Shown here piece by piece: positions 20,434-29,407 of a stretch of 64,000 nt of DNA. This DNA comes from a virus (Duplodnaviria > Caudoviricetes): the IMG/VR virus record IMGVR_UViG_3300028591_000010, positions 42,374 through 106,373 of that record. One strand, given 5' to 3'. Under the pieces are notes generated by a model. It did not search any database and was not told the origin of the DNA. It saw only the letters and a list, made by a program, of their open reading frames with translations. Numbering within the stretch: the first letter of the stretch is position 1; each line of letters starts with the position of its first letter. The translations under genes and the position numbers were made by a program.

Positions 20434-20931
20434 TTAATACTTACCTTCTATACAACATATCAAGAATTCTGCTAAGTTATCAACATACTGATACTTTGCT
20501 TCTTTCTCCTCCTGCGTACAATTGGGAGAAGGTAATAGCCAAGAAAGATAATCTCGAATGATTTCAATCTGTATATCAAAATCATCTTTACCTTTCTGTT
20601 TAGAGATACTGTATGCATGTTCAATGCACTGAAATTCTTTCATGAACCATTTAACCCATTTAGAGATACGTTCCCAATATTCTTTTTCTTCATTGGTTAA
20701 ATCGTCCCAATTAATAGTTTTATCAAACTCAAATTGATATTTACCATGTTCAGCAATGCCCAATGCTATACGAGTAGCATTATTACGCTGATCTTTATCA
20801 CGATATATACCAATAAAATTTGAATAAACATGATCTATCCACTTTTCTTTAGCTTTACGCCATTTAAGTGCATAGTTTACCATCTTGGGACAACGGTCCC
20901 GTAACATTTCTTTGTATCCTAATTTCTTCAT
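20434..20931 (-). CDS. Hypothetical protein
   Basis: Intact 165-aa ORF. Confidence 0.7.
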   Translation of the reverse strand: MKKLGYKEMLRDRCPKMVNYALKWRKAKEKWIDHVYSNFIGIYRDKDQRNNATRIALGIAEHGKYQFEFDKTINWDDLTNEEKEYWERISKWVKWFMKEFQCIEHAYSISKQKGKDDFDIQIEIIRDYLSWLLPSPNCTQEEKEAKYQYVDNLAEFLICCIEGKY

Positions 20932-20935
20932 ATTG

Positions 20936-21009
20936 TGATTCCTAATGGATTCGAACCATTGACCGACAGATTAGAAATCTGTTGCTCTATCCAGCTGAGC
21001 TAAGGAACC
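20936..21009 (-). tRNA. tRNA-Arg(TCT)
   Basis: GGTTCCT/AGGAATC acceptor, D-loop AGCTGGATA, ACAGA-TTTCTAA-TCTGT anticodon arm, TTCGAAT T-loop. Confidence 0.9.
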
Positions 21010-21082
21010 GTTACGTCAGCGGCTACTATTATTCACCGCTGACTACTATTACAAATCGTTCATTAGACATTGCCTCACGGCA

Positions 21083-21130
21083 GGAGTGAGGTAGGGATTC
21101 GAACCCCATACTCCAACATAGTCCTCACTC
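21083..21130 (-). ncRNA. Mini-tRNA element directly 3' of the tmRNA coding piece
   Basis: GAGTGAGG/CCTCACTC stem with T-arm TGGGG-TTCGAAT-CCCTA; short linker with no D or anticodon arm. Confidence 0.7.
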
Positions 21131-21350
21131 TGTCTGGGCACTTAGGTAGCCCGTAACACCGACTTTACGCTGCCTCCTTGAGGCCCGTATAGTCTGCAAT
21201 GTTAATATTGCCAGTTAATTTTATATCAGAGCGCTTCACGACTTACCGTCTACCGCTGTCAAATCCAAATAGGCCCAGATACTCATGTTAGACTGGTGGA
21301 CCTAGAGGGATTCGAACCCTCGTCCAAACGGCTTATTCTCAGTCACGCTA
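21131..21350 (-). ncRNA. ssrA: Circularly permuted (two-piece) tmRNA; tag peptide (A)GNINIADYTGLKEAA
   Basis: Acceptor piece ...GGACGAGGGTTCGAATCCCTCTAGGTCCACCA ends at 21294. After a 17-nt intervening segment the coding piece starts GGGCCTATTTGGATTTGAC at 21276. The acceptor stem has G3-U70; the tag ORF 21212-21165 follows TTAACT. Outer boundaries are approximate. Confidence 0.88.
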
Positions 21351-21553
21351 AGATTCTTTTGATGTGATGTTGTCAAATCATGCTACATCTCTTGTGAACT
21401 CTATGATGATCAGTCACAGAATTCGATTTAAGGCCATTTTCAGCCGTTCTAAGGCGTTTTCTAACCTCTAATGGGTAGCTAATCCATAAGCGGTTATTAA
21501 ACGCTTCAAAACGGCTTTTTGGGACCCCATAAAAAGCACATTGCCCTACTACT

Positions 21554-21841
21554 GACTCTAAGGTTCTGAATAGAATATGCTTGCATTCTTGATATACAAT
21601 GCAGTGTCAATATGTTGATACAATCTCGTACTGTAGCACCGGCTCTCAGGCTCGTACATTGTAATTTTTGATCAAATGCCCACATATTATTACACCGTGT
21701 GGACAGTGGCAGTTCTCCGCACGTGGCTCTCAGGCTCTTGTGACAGATGTTAATTCACCCGTATCTAATACCCAATTCTATAGGCGATGCCATCATCTTT
21801 TGAGATTTACATAGATTTAGACGTGGCTCAAAGGCTCTTGT
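21554..21841 (-). repeat. Non-coding array of four AGARCCT(N)2GAGYC-type motifs, 84-100 nt apart
   Basis: Copies at 21554-21567, 21641-21654, 21725-21738 and 21825-21838. Two extend to 21-nt near-identical repeats (21721-21741, 21821-21841). Confidence 0.75.
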
Positions 21842-21865
21842 CTTGGAGAACTTAGAGTAGTATGA

Positions 21866-22372
21866 TTAATACCAATAGCATTCTACGTAGTGGCGATATT
21901 CGCCCTCATACGAGTTACGCAGCTCGCGCATAGCGTCTTCATACTGCTTGTCAGACTCAGAGACCTTCTTTCTGAAGTCCTCTTCCATCTTCTTAGTCTC
22001 GGCTTCGTGCTCAGTAGGAGTGAGCACCAGTTTTGCGTCGATCTTTTTCTTGGTCGGGATCAACTCACCGTCCTTGATTTCACACTCGACGCCGAGCACA
22101 CGCTCCACCAGCTTCTTGGTAGCATCGAGCTTCTCCTTCGTGATATCGTCCTCACGACGGCGCTGCTGGAGCTGGAGCAAAGTCTTGCGGTTGACATAAG
22201 TAGCGATACAAATCTGCTTCTTAGCAGCGCGCTTCTTTTTGTCATCCTTTTCTTTTTCAATCTCTGCCAGGGCATTTTCGATAGCCGTGTCAGTTACTTG
22301 GTTACCAGTGCGAATAGCACCTTCTACTCCCTGTGTGGCCTCCTGGGCCTCTTTCTTTGTTTTTTCTGCCAT
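21866..22372 (-). CDS. Hypothetical charged coiled-coil protein, probably highly expressed
   Basis: Intact 168-aa ORF with strong codon bias. Confidence 0.8.
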   Translation of the reverse strand: MAEKTKKEAQEATQGVEGAIRTGNQVTDTAIENALAEIEKEKDDKKKRAAKKQICIATYVNRKTLLQLQQRRREDDITKEKLDATKKLVERVLGVECEIKDGELIPTKKKIDAKLVLTPTEHEAETKKMEEDFRKKVSESDKQYEDAMRELRNSYEGEYRHYVECYWY

Positions 22373-22406
22373 TTTTGATAAATGTTTAATTGTTTAACTT
22401 AAAGTT

Positions 22407-22532
22407 TTATTGTTTATACTCTTCAGTATAGTTACCTTTATGCTTTGACCTACGAGAGTAGGGTATTGCATTTGCGTGATGTCCAGTGGTTCCAGGTCTG
22501 GCTTGCCATCTGGGTCTGAATTCTCCATGCAT
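22407..22532 (-). CDS. Small basic peptide (MHGEFRPRW...RRSKHK)
   Basis: ATG 1 nt after the upstream stop; 41 aa. Confidence 0.45.
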   Translation of the reverse strand: MHGEFRPRWQARPGTTGHHANAIPYSRRSKHKGNYTEEYKQ

Positions 22533-22533
22533 A

Positions 22534-23010
22534 TTAATGATTATAATATACAGATTTGATTGTGTGTACAACCTTTTCTGTAAAACCATATTTCTTTGCA
22601 ATATCCTTAGAGATTACGCCTGATTCTGTAGCGAGTATTTCTACGCTTTTACGAGTAGTTTCATCTCTATTACATTCTGTCATGAGATGCAAAACAAAAG
22701 AGGAATAATCACGTGTTTTCTTACATATGGAAATATCTTCAGAAAAGTGTTTTCCAATATGTGCTACAGCGGCCACAATTTTCTCTTGTGATGAAGAGTC
22801 TTCAACAGAAGCGTGCACATGTATACTTGGAATCTTTTCTGCAGCTAATATAGCATCTGAAATTGATTCTGCATCTTTGTATACAATTGTGACATTATCA
22901 GTATAGGAGATAATACCATTATCAATTAATGTTAATACAAGAGCATCGTGTGCAGCTTGCGTCAATTCTCTACCGTTGTACAATACTGTGAGACAGCAAA
23001 TCTTACTCAT
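22534..23010 (-). CDS. Hypothetical protein
   Basis: ORF track 22534..23052; ATG 23010 overlaps the end of the upstream gene. Confidence 0.65.
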   Translation of the reverse strand: MSKICCLTVLYNGRELTQAAHDALVLTLIDNGIISYTDNVTIVYKDAESISDAILAAEKIPSIHVHASVEDSSSQEKIVAAVAHIGKHFSEDISICKKTRDYSSFVLHLMTECNRDETTRKSVEILATESGVISKDIAKKYGFTEKVVHTIKSVYYNH

Positions 23011-23545
23011 ATGTCGTTTCGATTTTAGTTCGTACTTTGTAGGTTTTGCCACCTATAGTAGTATCGTGCTGAGTATACTCAACTCTACCTACAGGTGCTG
23101 AATCAGGCCTATAAGGCTGACCACCGGCACTGCTGCTTGTAGGGGGGAGCACAGACTTTGTCGAATCAGAAGATGGTAAATTGTTGTATACGTCTTTGTT
23201 CGCTCGATACTCATACACTATACCACGTTTAGACACATGTCCTTCACGTTTAATACACACAGAAGCAACGTTCTTTAACACTTCTTCAGGCATAGTGTTA
23301 AATACGTCATCAATAGCTTGACCTTCAAGATATTTTGTTCTGAAAGCCAATACATCGTCCACACTGTTAAACAGCGGGTTGATGTAGTTCTGTACGCCTG
23401 CAGCTATCGTGCTGTCGACATACTCCTCAGTGACTCTGTCTCTGGAACCTAATCCGAAAACGTCTTTCTTACCACAGGAACTAATACCTATGGTAACAAG
23501 GGAAGCTATCATTAGCACCCCCAAACAATACAGGAATTTTTTCAT
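23003..23545 (-). CDS. Putative lipoprotein
   Basis: MKK, then a hydrophobic stretch and an ISSC lipobox-like Cys. Confidence 0.7.
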   Translation of the reverse strand: MKKFLYCLGVLMIASLVTIGISSCGKKDVFGLGSRDRVTEEYVDSTIAAGVQNYINPLFNSVDDVLAFRTKYLEGQAIDDVFNTMPEEVLKNVASVCIKREGHVSKRGIVYEYRANKDVYNNLPSSDSTKSVLPPTSSSAGGQPYRPDSAPVGRVEYTQHDTTIGGKTYKVRTKIETTYE

Positions 23546-23734
23546 CTTTGATAAATGAATTAAATAAAACTTATAGTTTGAATCCAGTCTTTAAGGAAGA
23601 CTTTGAAAAGACCTACTTTAACCATCCCATGTTCATACTAAGAGATAAGATAAATCCTAATGTGAGAATAACAATGAGAATAGATTTAAGAGTTTCTTCT
23701 TTCATATTTAGTGAATTAAATTAATAAAAGTTTG

Positions 23735-23806
23735 TAGTCTCAAGGAGAGTCGAACTCCTCTTTACAGAATGAAAATCTGTCGTCCTAACCGATAGACGAT
23801 GAGACC
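23735..23806 (-). tRNA. tRNA-Glu(TTC)
   Basis: GGTCTCA/TGAGACT acceptor, ACAGA-TTTTCAT-TCTGT anticodon arm, TTCGACT T-loop. Confidence 0.9.
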
Positions 23807-23870
23807 GAATGCCCCACCGCTGTGGGGCCAATCAATTCAATTTATGGAAAAAAGAATGTCCGCTAGGACG

Positions 23871-23944
23871 TGGACCAGTCTGGGCTTGAACCAGAGACCC
23901 CCTGATTATGAGTCAGGTGCTCTAACCAACTGAGCTACAAGTCC
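23871..23944 (-). tRNA. tRNA with CAT anticodon (Ile2-like; elongator Met possible)
   Basis: CCTGA-CTCATAA-TCAGG anticodon arm; TAGCTCAGTTGGTTAGAGC D arm; TTCAAGC T-loop. Confidence 0.85.
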
Positions 23945-24485
23945 AAAATAATCTATAATTACACGCGGAGTTTGACGACATAACTAATTTTCCTTTTATC
24001 GAAGCCTTGAACCAAATAATATAACACGCTACAACATCTCTATGTTGATTATAATTATAGATTATATAAAATACATCCTACACACAATGCAAAAAAGCGC
24101 CAAGCACTGCACCCCCAACCTACCTCGGATGTAATAGTTCCCACAGTTGGTTTTGCACCTACGCACATTTCGCTACGTACTGTGGGTAGTCCTCATACTT
24201 CACACACATGTTTATGGCACCACGTGATTTCATCTTATTGGACTGATTGAATTCAATTATGTACCCTCTCGTCATTATCAATACAGTATCATAGGAAGAT
24301 TATGATATAATTCTGCCAAGACTGTGAATATTCTTCCTTTATCACAGCAATGTTTATGATTTACAGGGCTTGAGGTTTCCTGTTATAGCTGACTTCTATA
24401 CATAATTTGAATACATAGCTATTCTCACGAACCGCTATGTAAAGAATGAATTGAACTAAAATGCCTAAAAAGCAAATAATATAGA

Positions 24486-24683
24486 CTAAAAGTCCGTAAT
24501 TTCAATAAATATAAGAATTGATGCAACAAGCAGAATAAATGCTACGATCACGAAAGCACCTGCTAGTGCATGAGGCAACTGATATAACCATTCAGGACAA
24601 TGGTACATTGTTGCAAACATCGATAAAGATACTCCGAATAATAGTATTACTACAATTATTGGAAGATTGCTATCTTTTTTCAT
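24486..24683 (-). CDS. Small two-TM membrane protein (TAG stop)
   Basis: Two hydrophobic helices; ATGA overlap with the upstream gene. Confidence 0.6.
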   Translation of the reverse strand: MKKDSNLPIIVVILLFGVSLSMFATMYHCPEWLYQLPHALAGAFVIVAFILLVASILIFIEITDF

Positions 24684-24868
24684 ACTCTTACTAATATTAT
24701 GTTATTTTCTATACAATCCAATTCTTTTAGATTACTACGAGTATCAATGATATTTGGACATTTTCGAATATCATTCAATGAACATCCTTGACATCCAAGC
24801 TCTCTCTTCCTTGCACGATATAATATACCGTTTAACCAAAAGAATTGACCTGGCCTTGGTGTCTTCAT
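24680..24868 (-). CDS. Small Cys-rich hypothetical protein
   Basis: PGQ..(L/V)NG...CxxC pattern shared with 25431..25658. Confidence 0.6.
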   Translation of the reverse strand: MKTPRPGQFFWLNGILYRARKRELGCQGCSLNDIRKCPNIIDTRSNLKELDCIENNIILVRV

Positions 24869-24869
24869 A

Positions 24870-25283
24870 TCATACGACTTTTTGATCTACAACTATTTTT
24901 ACGCACATTTCTCCACAAGATAGCATTTTTGTCTTGCTGAGAACAACAAACACATGGCGATATTCTCTCCATGCTGTTCTGAAACACACAAGCTCATAAT
25001 TCTTATTGAGGAATGAGAGCCAATGTTTTGTAGCTGGATGAGATACGACCCATTTGCGTCCTTTAGCTAAATCCATTAGCATTGGTTCGCTTACCGTAAG
25101 AGTAAATATACTACAGACATGTACATTCTTTTTCAAGATTAGAATGTTTGGTTCATCTGTACCAATTACATCTGCATACACGCGATCGTCCTTAATAACT
25201 TGAATTTGCATATAAGGACCAATAGGAGCACCATCTGATGCTTTCCGTCTTATAATATCACCTACTTTCATACACCACGACAT
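24870..25283 (-). CDS. Hypothetical protein
   Basis: Intact 137-aa ORF; KVGD motif. Confidence 0.65.
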   Translation of the reverse strand: MSWCMKVGDIIRRKASDGAPIGPYMQIQVIKDDRVYADVIGTDEPNILILKKNVHVCSIFTLTVSEPMLMDLAKGRKWVVSHPATKHWLSFLNKNYELVCFRTAWREYRHVFVVLSKTKMLSCGEMCVKIVVDQKVV

Positions 25284-25430
25284 TTGTACGTTATGTATAG
25301 AAAAAGGGCAATAACTATAAGACCAATCCAGAAACCTGGATCAAGTTTGTTTTTGTTAGTTGTTGACGTCATTTTCTAACTTAACATTGATTGTTAAACT
25401 TGGTAGGACATTACTCACCTTTCCTTGAGT

Positions 25431-25658
25431 TTATTTTGAGTATGGTCTCAAATAACAATTATGTGGAATTTCTTCCATACAACGTTGTTGAGTCCACTCA
25501 TTAGTTGGACCCCAACCACCAATGAAGCATGGAATAGGATTATTATTTGCTTGACACATACAACATCTACGATTAGGCATAGATGCTTCTGTTATCTTAT
25601 AATCCTTACCGTTTACTTGAATTATATCTCCTGGTTTATTCATTTTCCTTGAACACAA
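25431..25658 (-). CDS. Small Cys-rich hypothetical protein
   Basis: KPGDIIQVNGKDY...CCMC. Confidence 0.55.
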   Translation of the reverse strand: MCSRKMNKPGDIIQVNGKDYKITEASMPNRRCCMCQANNNPIPCFIGGWGPTNEWTQQRCMEEIPHNCYLRPYSK

Positions 25659-25876
25659 ATCAGATTACCTTCTAACTTAGTACCTAACTTATTTGTTAGA
25701 TCATTGAGAGATGCTACAAGAGCACGATATCCATTCTCTGTTATCCCTTTACAAAATAACATAGAACTATTACCTGACTTGAAATAGACACGCTTACGGT
25801 CATTCCCGTAAGAGTCCACACGCTTCTTTTTAGGAAGCGGTGGATGCTCTTGATTTTGATGTTTTTGTGCTATCAT
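25640..25876 (-). CDS. Hypothetical protein
   Basis: Overlaps neighbours in the operon. Confidence 0.55.
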   Translation of the reverse strand: MIAQKHQNQEHPPLPKKKRVDSYGNDRKRVYFKSGNSSMLFCKGITENGYRALVASLNDLTNKLGTKLEGNLICVQGK

Positions 25877-26292
25877 TTTACTATACCTATTATTATTACC
25901 CCAAACGTTTCTTTGAGATAATCAAATAAACACTGAAATAGCTCCTCATCTGTAGGCTCATGTTCAGGTTCACCTGGATTATCATCAAGGTTGATTTGTT
26001 TAGCCCTATCTTCCTTATATAATGTAGATAATAACTGAATGAGTTTAGAATGACTCATTGCTACATCTGAACATACTTCAGGGCTAAACTCTTTACCTCC
26101 ATTGCGTTCAGCAATAGAAATATGAGTGTTGTTCTTAGTTTCAATGCGATGATTGATTTTCAAATCTCTCTCTGCATTTACTATACGATCCATGTATTGA
26201 GGATTGTGCATAATATCCTCAATCTTTGCTGGCACAGGGATAGAACTCCTGATAATAATGCCATCTTTACCATTGATTAGTAATGTACCCAT
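25873..26292 (-). CDS. Hypothetical protein
   Basis: Intact 139-aa ORF. Confidence 0.65.
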   Translation of the reverse strand: MGTLLINGKDGIIIRSSIPVPAKIEDIMHNPQYMDRIVNAERDLKINHRIETKNNTHISIAERNGGKEFSPEVCSDVAMSHSKLIQLLSTLYKEDRAKQINLDDNPGEPEHEPTDEELFQCLFDYLKETFGVIIIGIVK

Positions 26293-26296
26293 TTTG

Positions 26297-26602
26297 TTAT
26301 TTATTTAGTTGTTCATCAACTTGTTTTAGGTATTTTTTATATACCTTTCCTGATTTCTTAGACACTTTCAGGATATAGTGTCTACCTTTAGAGGACACAT
26401 AGATAGGATATTTATTCCCATCTTTGTCAATGTAAATCATAGTAGTCTTATGACCACTATCAACTACTTCAACAAAAGCATTACCTTTACGTTGAACTTG
26501 TACACTTTGTGCTTTAGCACTAGCAATACATATGAAACATATTGCTATAATAGCCAAGAACGTGACTGTGTACTTGATGATTTGTTTGATACGATAATCC
26601 AT
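26297..26602 (-). CDS. Secreted/membrane hypothetical protein
   Basis: Signal peptide ending AKA-Q. Confidence 0.65.
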   Translation of the reverse strand: MDYRIKQIIKYTVTFLAIIAICFICIASAKAQSVQVQRKGNAFVEVVDSGHKTTMIYIDKDGNKYPIYVSSKGRHYILKVSKKSGKVYKKYLKQVDEQLNK

Positions 26603-27919
26603 TGTTTTAATTTTGATAATTATAAACTATGCTGTGACATTTATTAAACCCAGCAACAGCATCAGGGTTGAAATGGTGAAATGATAACGATATCTTTTGC
26701 ATATTCATCATCTTTTTCATAATGATTTAGTACATCTTCTAATGTCATACCAAACCAATATACAACATATATATTCATATTTAATTGTATTATATTCTTT
26801 CAAAACACCATGCACAGAGCTCCCGCTGAAGATGTGCATGATGGCGTAGGAGAAAAATGAGACAAATAAGTGTATTAATTACCTCAAATGAACTATCAAT
26901 CGTATGTCACTATTTCACAATAGTGTCTCCTACTGATTTCAGAAACTATCATTCTAAAACACACAAATATTATGAATATCAATAGAACCTGCTAATTATA
27001 CGACATAGGATAATAATAAAGCGGGGAATGTGCACACGTATACACGCTGAATACACAAACCCCGCATCATACAGAAACCACACACAGTACAATGTATGGC
27101 TGTCCTTTCCTAAGGGACATTTGCAGTTTTATCGCTCTGCACAAATATCAACGCATTCCACGTACGATATTAACGCCTGTTTACTCATTAACTGTCGACT
27201 GAATAATGAGATTATATGAGCTTTCGGTATTACTCAAACCAGGAAAATATATCTTCACATGACCTGACTGCACAGTATACTGTACACATGTTGCACCTCT
27301 ATTCCCTCAAGGTATTGGGAATTGCAGGAGTATCATCACACATTTGACTTATAAAACTACATTCGTCCTTCCCACTTCTCTCTTCCGACTTAAACGGTCT
27401 TTGTTGGTTAGATTCTGAATTTAATAGTCTTATCATACCAGATAGTACTGTAAGCACATGTAGATGTGATGCTTGTCAATCAGATGAACTGATTAAACAG
27501 GATACATTTATCCGCCCCATTTATATCGCGGACGGCAGATACTGCCCGCTTTTGGTTCTCAATAGTAGTATCGCTCTACATAATGTTCTATTTCAAACAT
27601 TTAAAGAGATATGTGTTTTGATAACACATAATAATGTTCCTACGTATACTCTACAGGAATATTGAGCACACGTACATGTCCTGGCCAACGAGTTATTTCT
27701 CTAACATAATCATGATCAGCGATTGTCTTTGCCTCTTTATCGTACGTCATATACTATATAAATAAAGTTAAAACGTAAACAAGAGTAGCTGCTGCAACAT
27801 ACATATAGATGTACGTATTAGCTAGCGGATGAGAGTTTGATAATTTCTTCATATATCTTGATATATTGATGGATAATCAATGAATAGCCTATAAACATAT
27901 ATTCTGCATTAAAACTTAA

Positions 27920-27961
27920 CAAAATAAAGGTGTACACGCAGTGTTACCTGCGCATACACCT
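27920..27961 (-). terminator. Intrinsic terminator after the 27980..28633 gene
   Basis: AGGTGTATGCGCAG-GTAACA-CTGCGTGTACACCT followed by TTATTTTG. Confidence 0.7.
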
Positions 27962-27979
27962 CATTGAACTTGTTCAGGC

Positions 27980-28633
27980 TTAGAACGCATCTTCATCAGT
28001 GTTGTCATTCGGGTCAGTTGGAGTCTCGACTGAGCGAGTCTGTACTGCCTTCTGATAGAAGCGGTCTTGCATCTCCTGACCTTTGACCTCGGGACTGATA
28101 CCACCAACATAAATGGTCTGCGGCTTGCCGTCCTCGCCAGGAATGATACGCTCTACTTGTACAAAGACCCTGATAATCTCCTTGACGACCTTCTGTCCTT
28201 GCTTGTTTGTTACAGGCTGACCGTTGACGTCGTTGGCATAACGAGCACCTTGCAGTTTGTATGGGACAACCATACCGCCAGGCACCTCGAGATACAGGTT
28301 CTTGATACGCTTCTCAGCACGTGAGCCAGACTCTGCGGCATCAAAGATTGCGTCAATGTCAACGATGAATCCGCCCTTTGCGTCCTTCATCTCTTTGCCC
28401 TCAGCATCCTTCTTGATGTACTCCTTGAGCTTCTCAAAATTTGATGAGCCCATATCGTCCTCGAAGATGATGTCACGTACTGGCTTAGCACGACCTGAAT
28501 AGGTTGACTGATAGGTGAACACTGCGAAACGGCTCTTTTTGCCGTCACGATTCTCCTTTTGTGCCTTACCAAGTGAAAGTGCAATTGCCTCGTATGAACC
28601 AAGTTCATTTCCGTTAATAATGTTTGTTTCCAT
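27980..28633 (-). CDS. Early hypothetical protein with acidic-aromatic tail (TDEDAF)
   Basis: 217-aa ORF with strong codon bias, its own promoter-like motif and a terminator. Confidence 0.8.
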   Translation of the reverse strand: METNIINGNELGSYEAIALSLGKAQKENRDGKKSRFAVFTYQSTYSGRAKPVRDIIFEDDMGSSNFEKLKEYIKKDAEGKEMKDAKGGFIVDIDAIFDAAESGSRAEKRIKNLYLEVPGGMVVPYKLQGARYANDVNGQPVTNKQGQKVVKEIIRVFVQVERIIPGEDGKPQTIYVGGISPEVKGQEMQDRFYQKAVQTRSVETPTDPNDNTDEDAF

Positions 28634-28686
28634 AATGCAGTTTTTATTTAATTGTTAATAATTGAATTATCGAACATTTATTACTA

Positions 28687-28724
28687 TCCGTTCTTTAATA
28701 GAAGACAATGTTTGGAAATTGAAA
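28687..28724 (-). promoter_or_regulatory. Putative early promoter, copy 1
   Basis: TTTCAATTTCCAAACATTGTCTTCTATTAAAGAACGGA; same spacing as copies 2 and 3. Confidence 0.65.
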
Positions 28725-28958
28725 CAAGCGAATTTGTGTAGTACAACATACCTGTATTTCTCAGATAAATGTACTACACAATTAAATCAATCTTCATACT
28801 TTCTGAAGTGAGGTTCTATACTTACTTCAATTTCTACAACATCCTCAATTGGGACATTATACATTTCTGCAAATTGCTCTTTTGTCATACCTCTTATATT
28901 TATTGAATATGAATATAACGCTATGTATTAAATAGAAGGAAAAGGACGAAACTACGCA

Positions 28959-29171
28959 TTACTGCGCAGCCTCGTACCTGATGTCCTCTACCACAGTTGC
29001 AGGCATAAAGCGAGCGTGTGTTTTGAGGCGAGCACGTTTGATGAACTCGAGTGCGTCCTCGATATTTGCACTTGGTACGCTGTTGTACCATTTGCCCTCA
29101 AACTTGACTGATGCATAATAAACAGTCGTCGCTTTCATTTCTTTCTTATTTGCTTCCATATTGTAAAACAT
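28959..29171 (-). CDS. Early small hypothetical protein
   Basis: 70-aa ORF downstream of promoter copy 2. Confidence 0.65.
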   Translation of the reverse strand: MFYNMEANKKEMKATTVYYASVKFEGKWYNSVPSANIEDALEFIKRARLKTHARFMPATVVEDIRYEAAQ

Positions 29172-29183
29172 TTTAGTTAATAA

Positions 29184-29221
29184 TCCGTCACTTAATAACA
29201 GAAGAGTTTTGGTTTTTGAAG
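29184..29221 (-). promoter_or_regulatory. Putative early promoter, copy 2
   Basis: CTTCAAAAACCAAAACTCTTCTGTTATTAAGTGACGGA. Confidence 0.6.
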
Positions 29222-29369
29222 CATAAGAAAAGGAGGGAACGAACGTAACTCGTTATAATCCCTCCACAACACGAACGGCGTAGCTAACTGGGTGTCACTA
29301 TGCGTGTTGCACTTCCAGCCCCGCGACAGATGTGCCGTCACATTGTTGTGAGAAGTTACGTTTCTCACA

Positions 29370-29407
29370 TCCGTTAGTTATGAGAAGACAACGTTTGGCC
29401 ATTGAAA
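29370..29407 (-). promoter_or_regulatory. Putative early promoter, copy 3
   Basis: TTTCAATGGCCAAACGTTGTCTTCTCATAACTAACGGA. Confidence 0.65.

Noticed and set aside
20936-21009. Second amber suppressor (loop contains CTA)
   Set aside because: The 5-bp stem ACAGA/TCTGT centres TCT in the 7-nt loop, so it is tRNA-Arg.
21554-21841. CRISPR or TIGR-like guide array
   Set aside because: Repeats are only 14-21 nt and degenerate, spacers are 70-86 nt and unequal, no cas or Nop-domain gene is recognisable, and the same motif occurs singly before genes.
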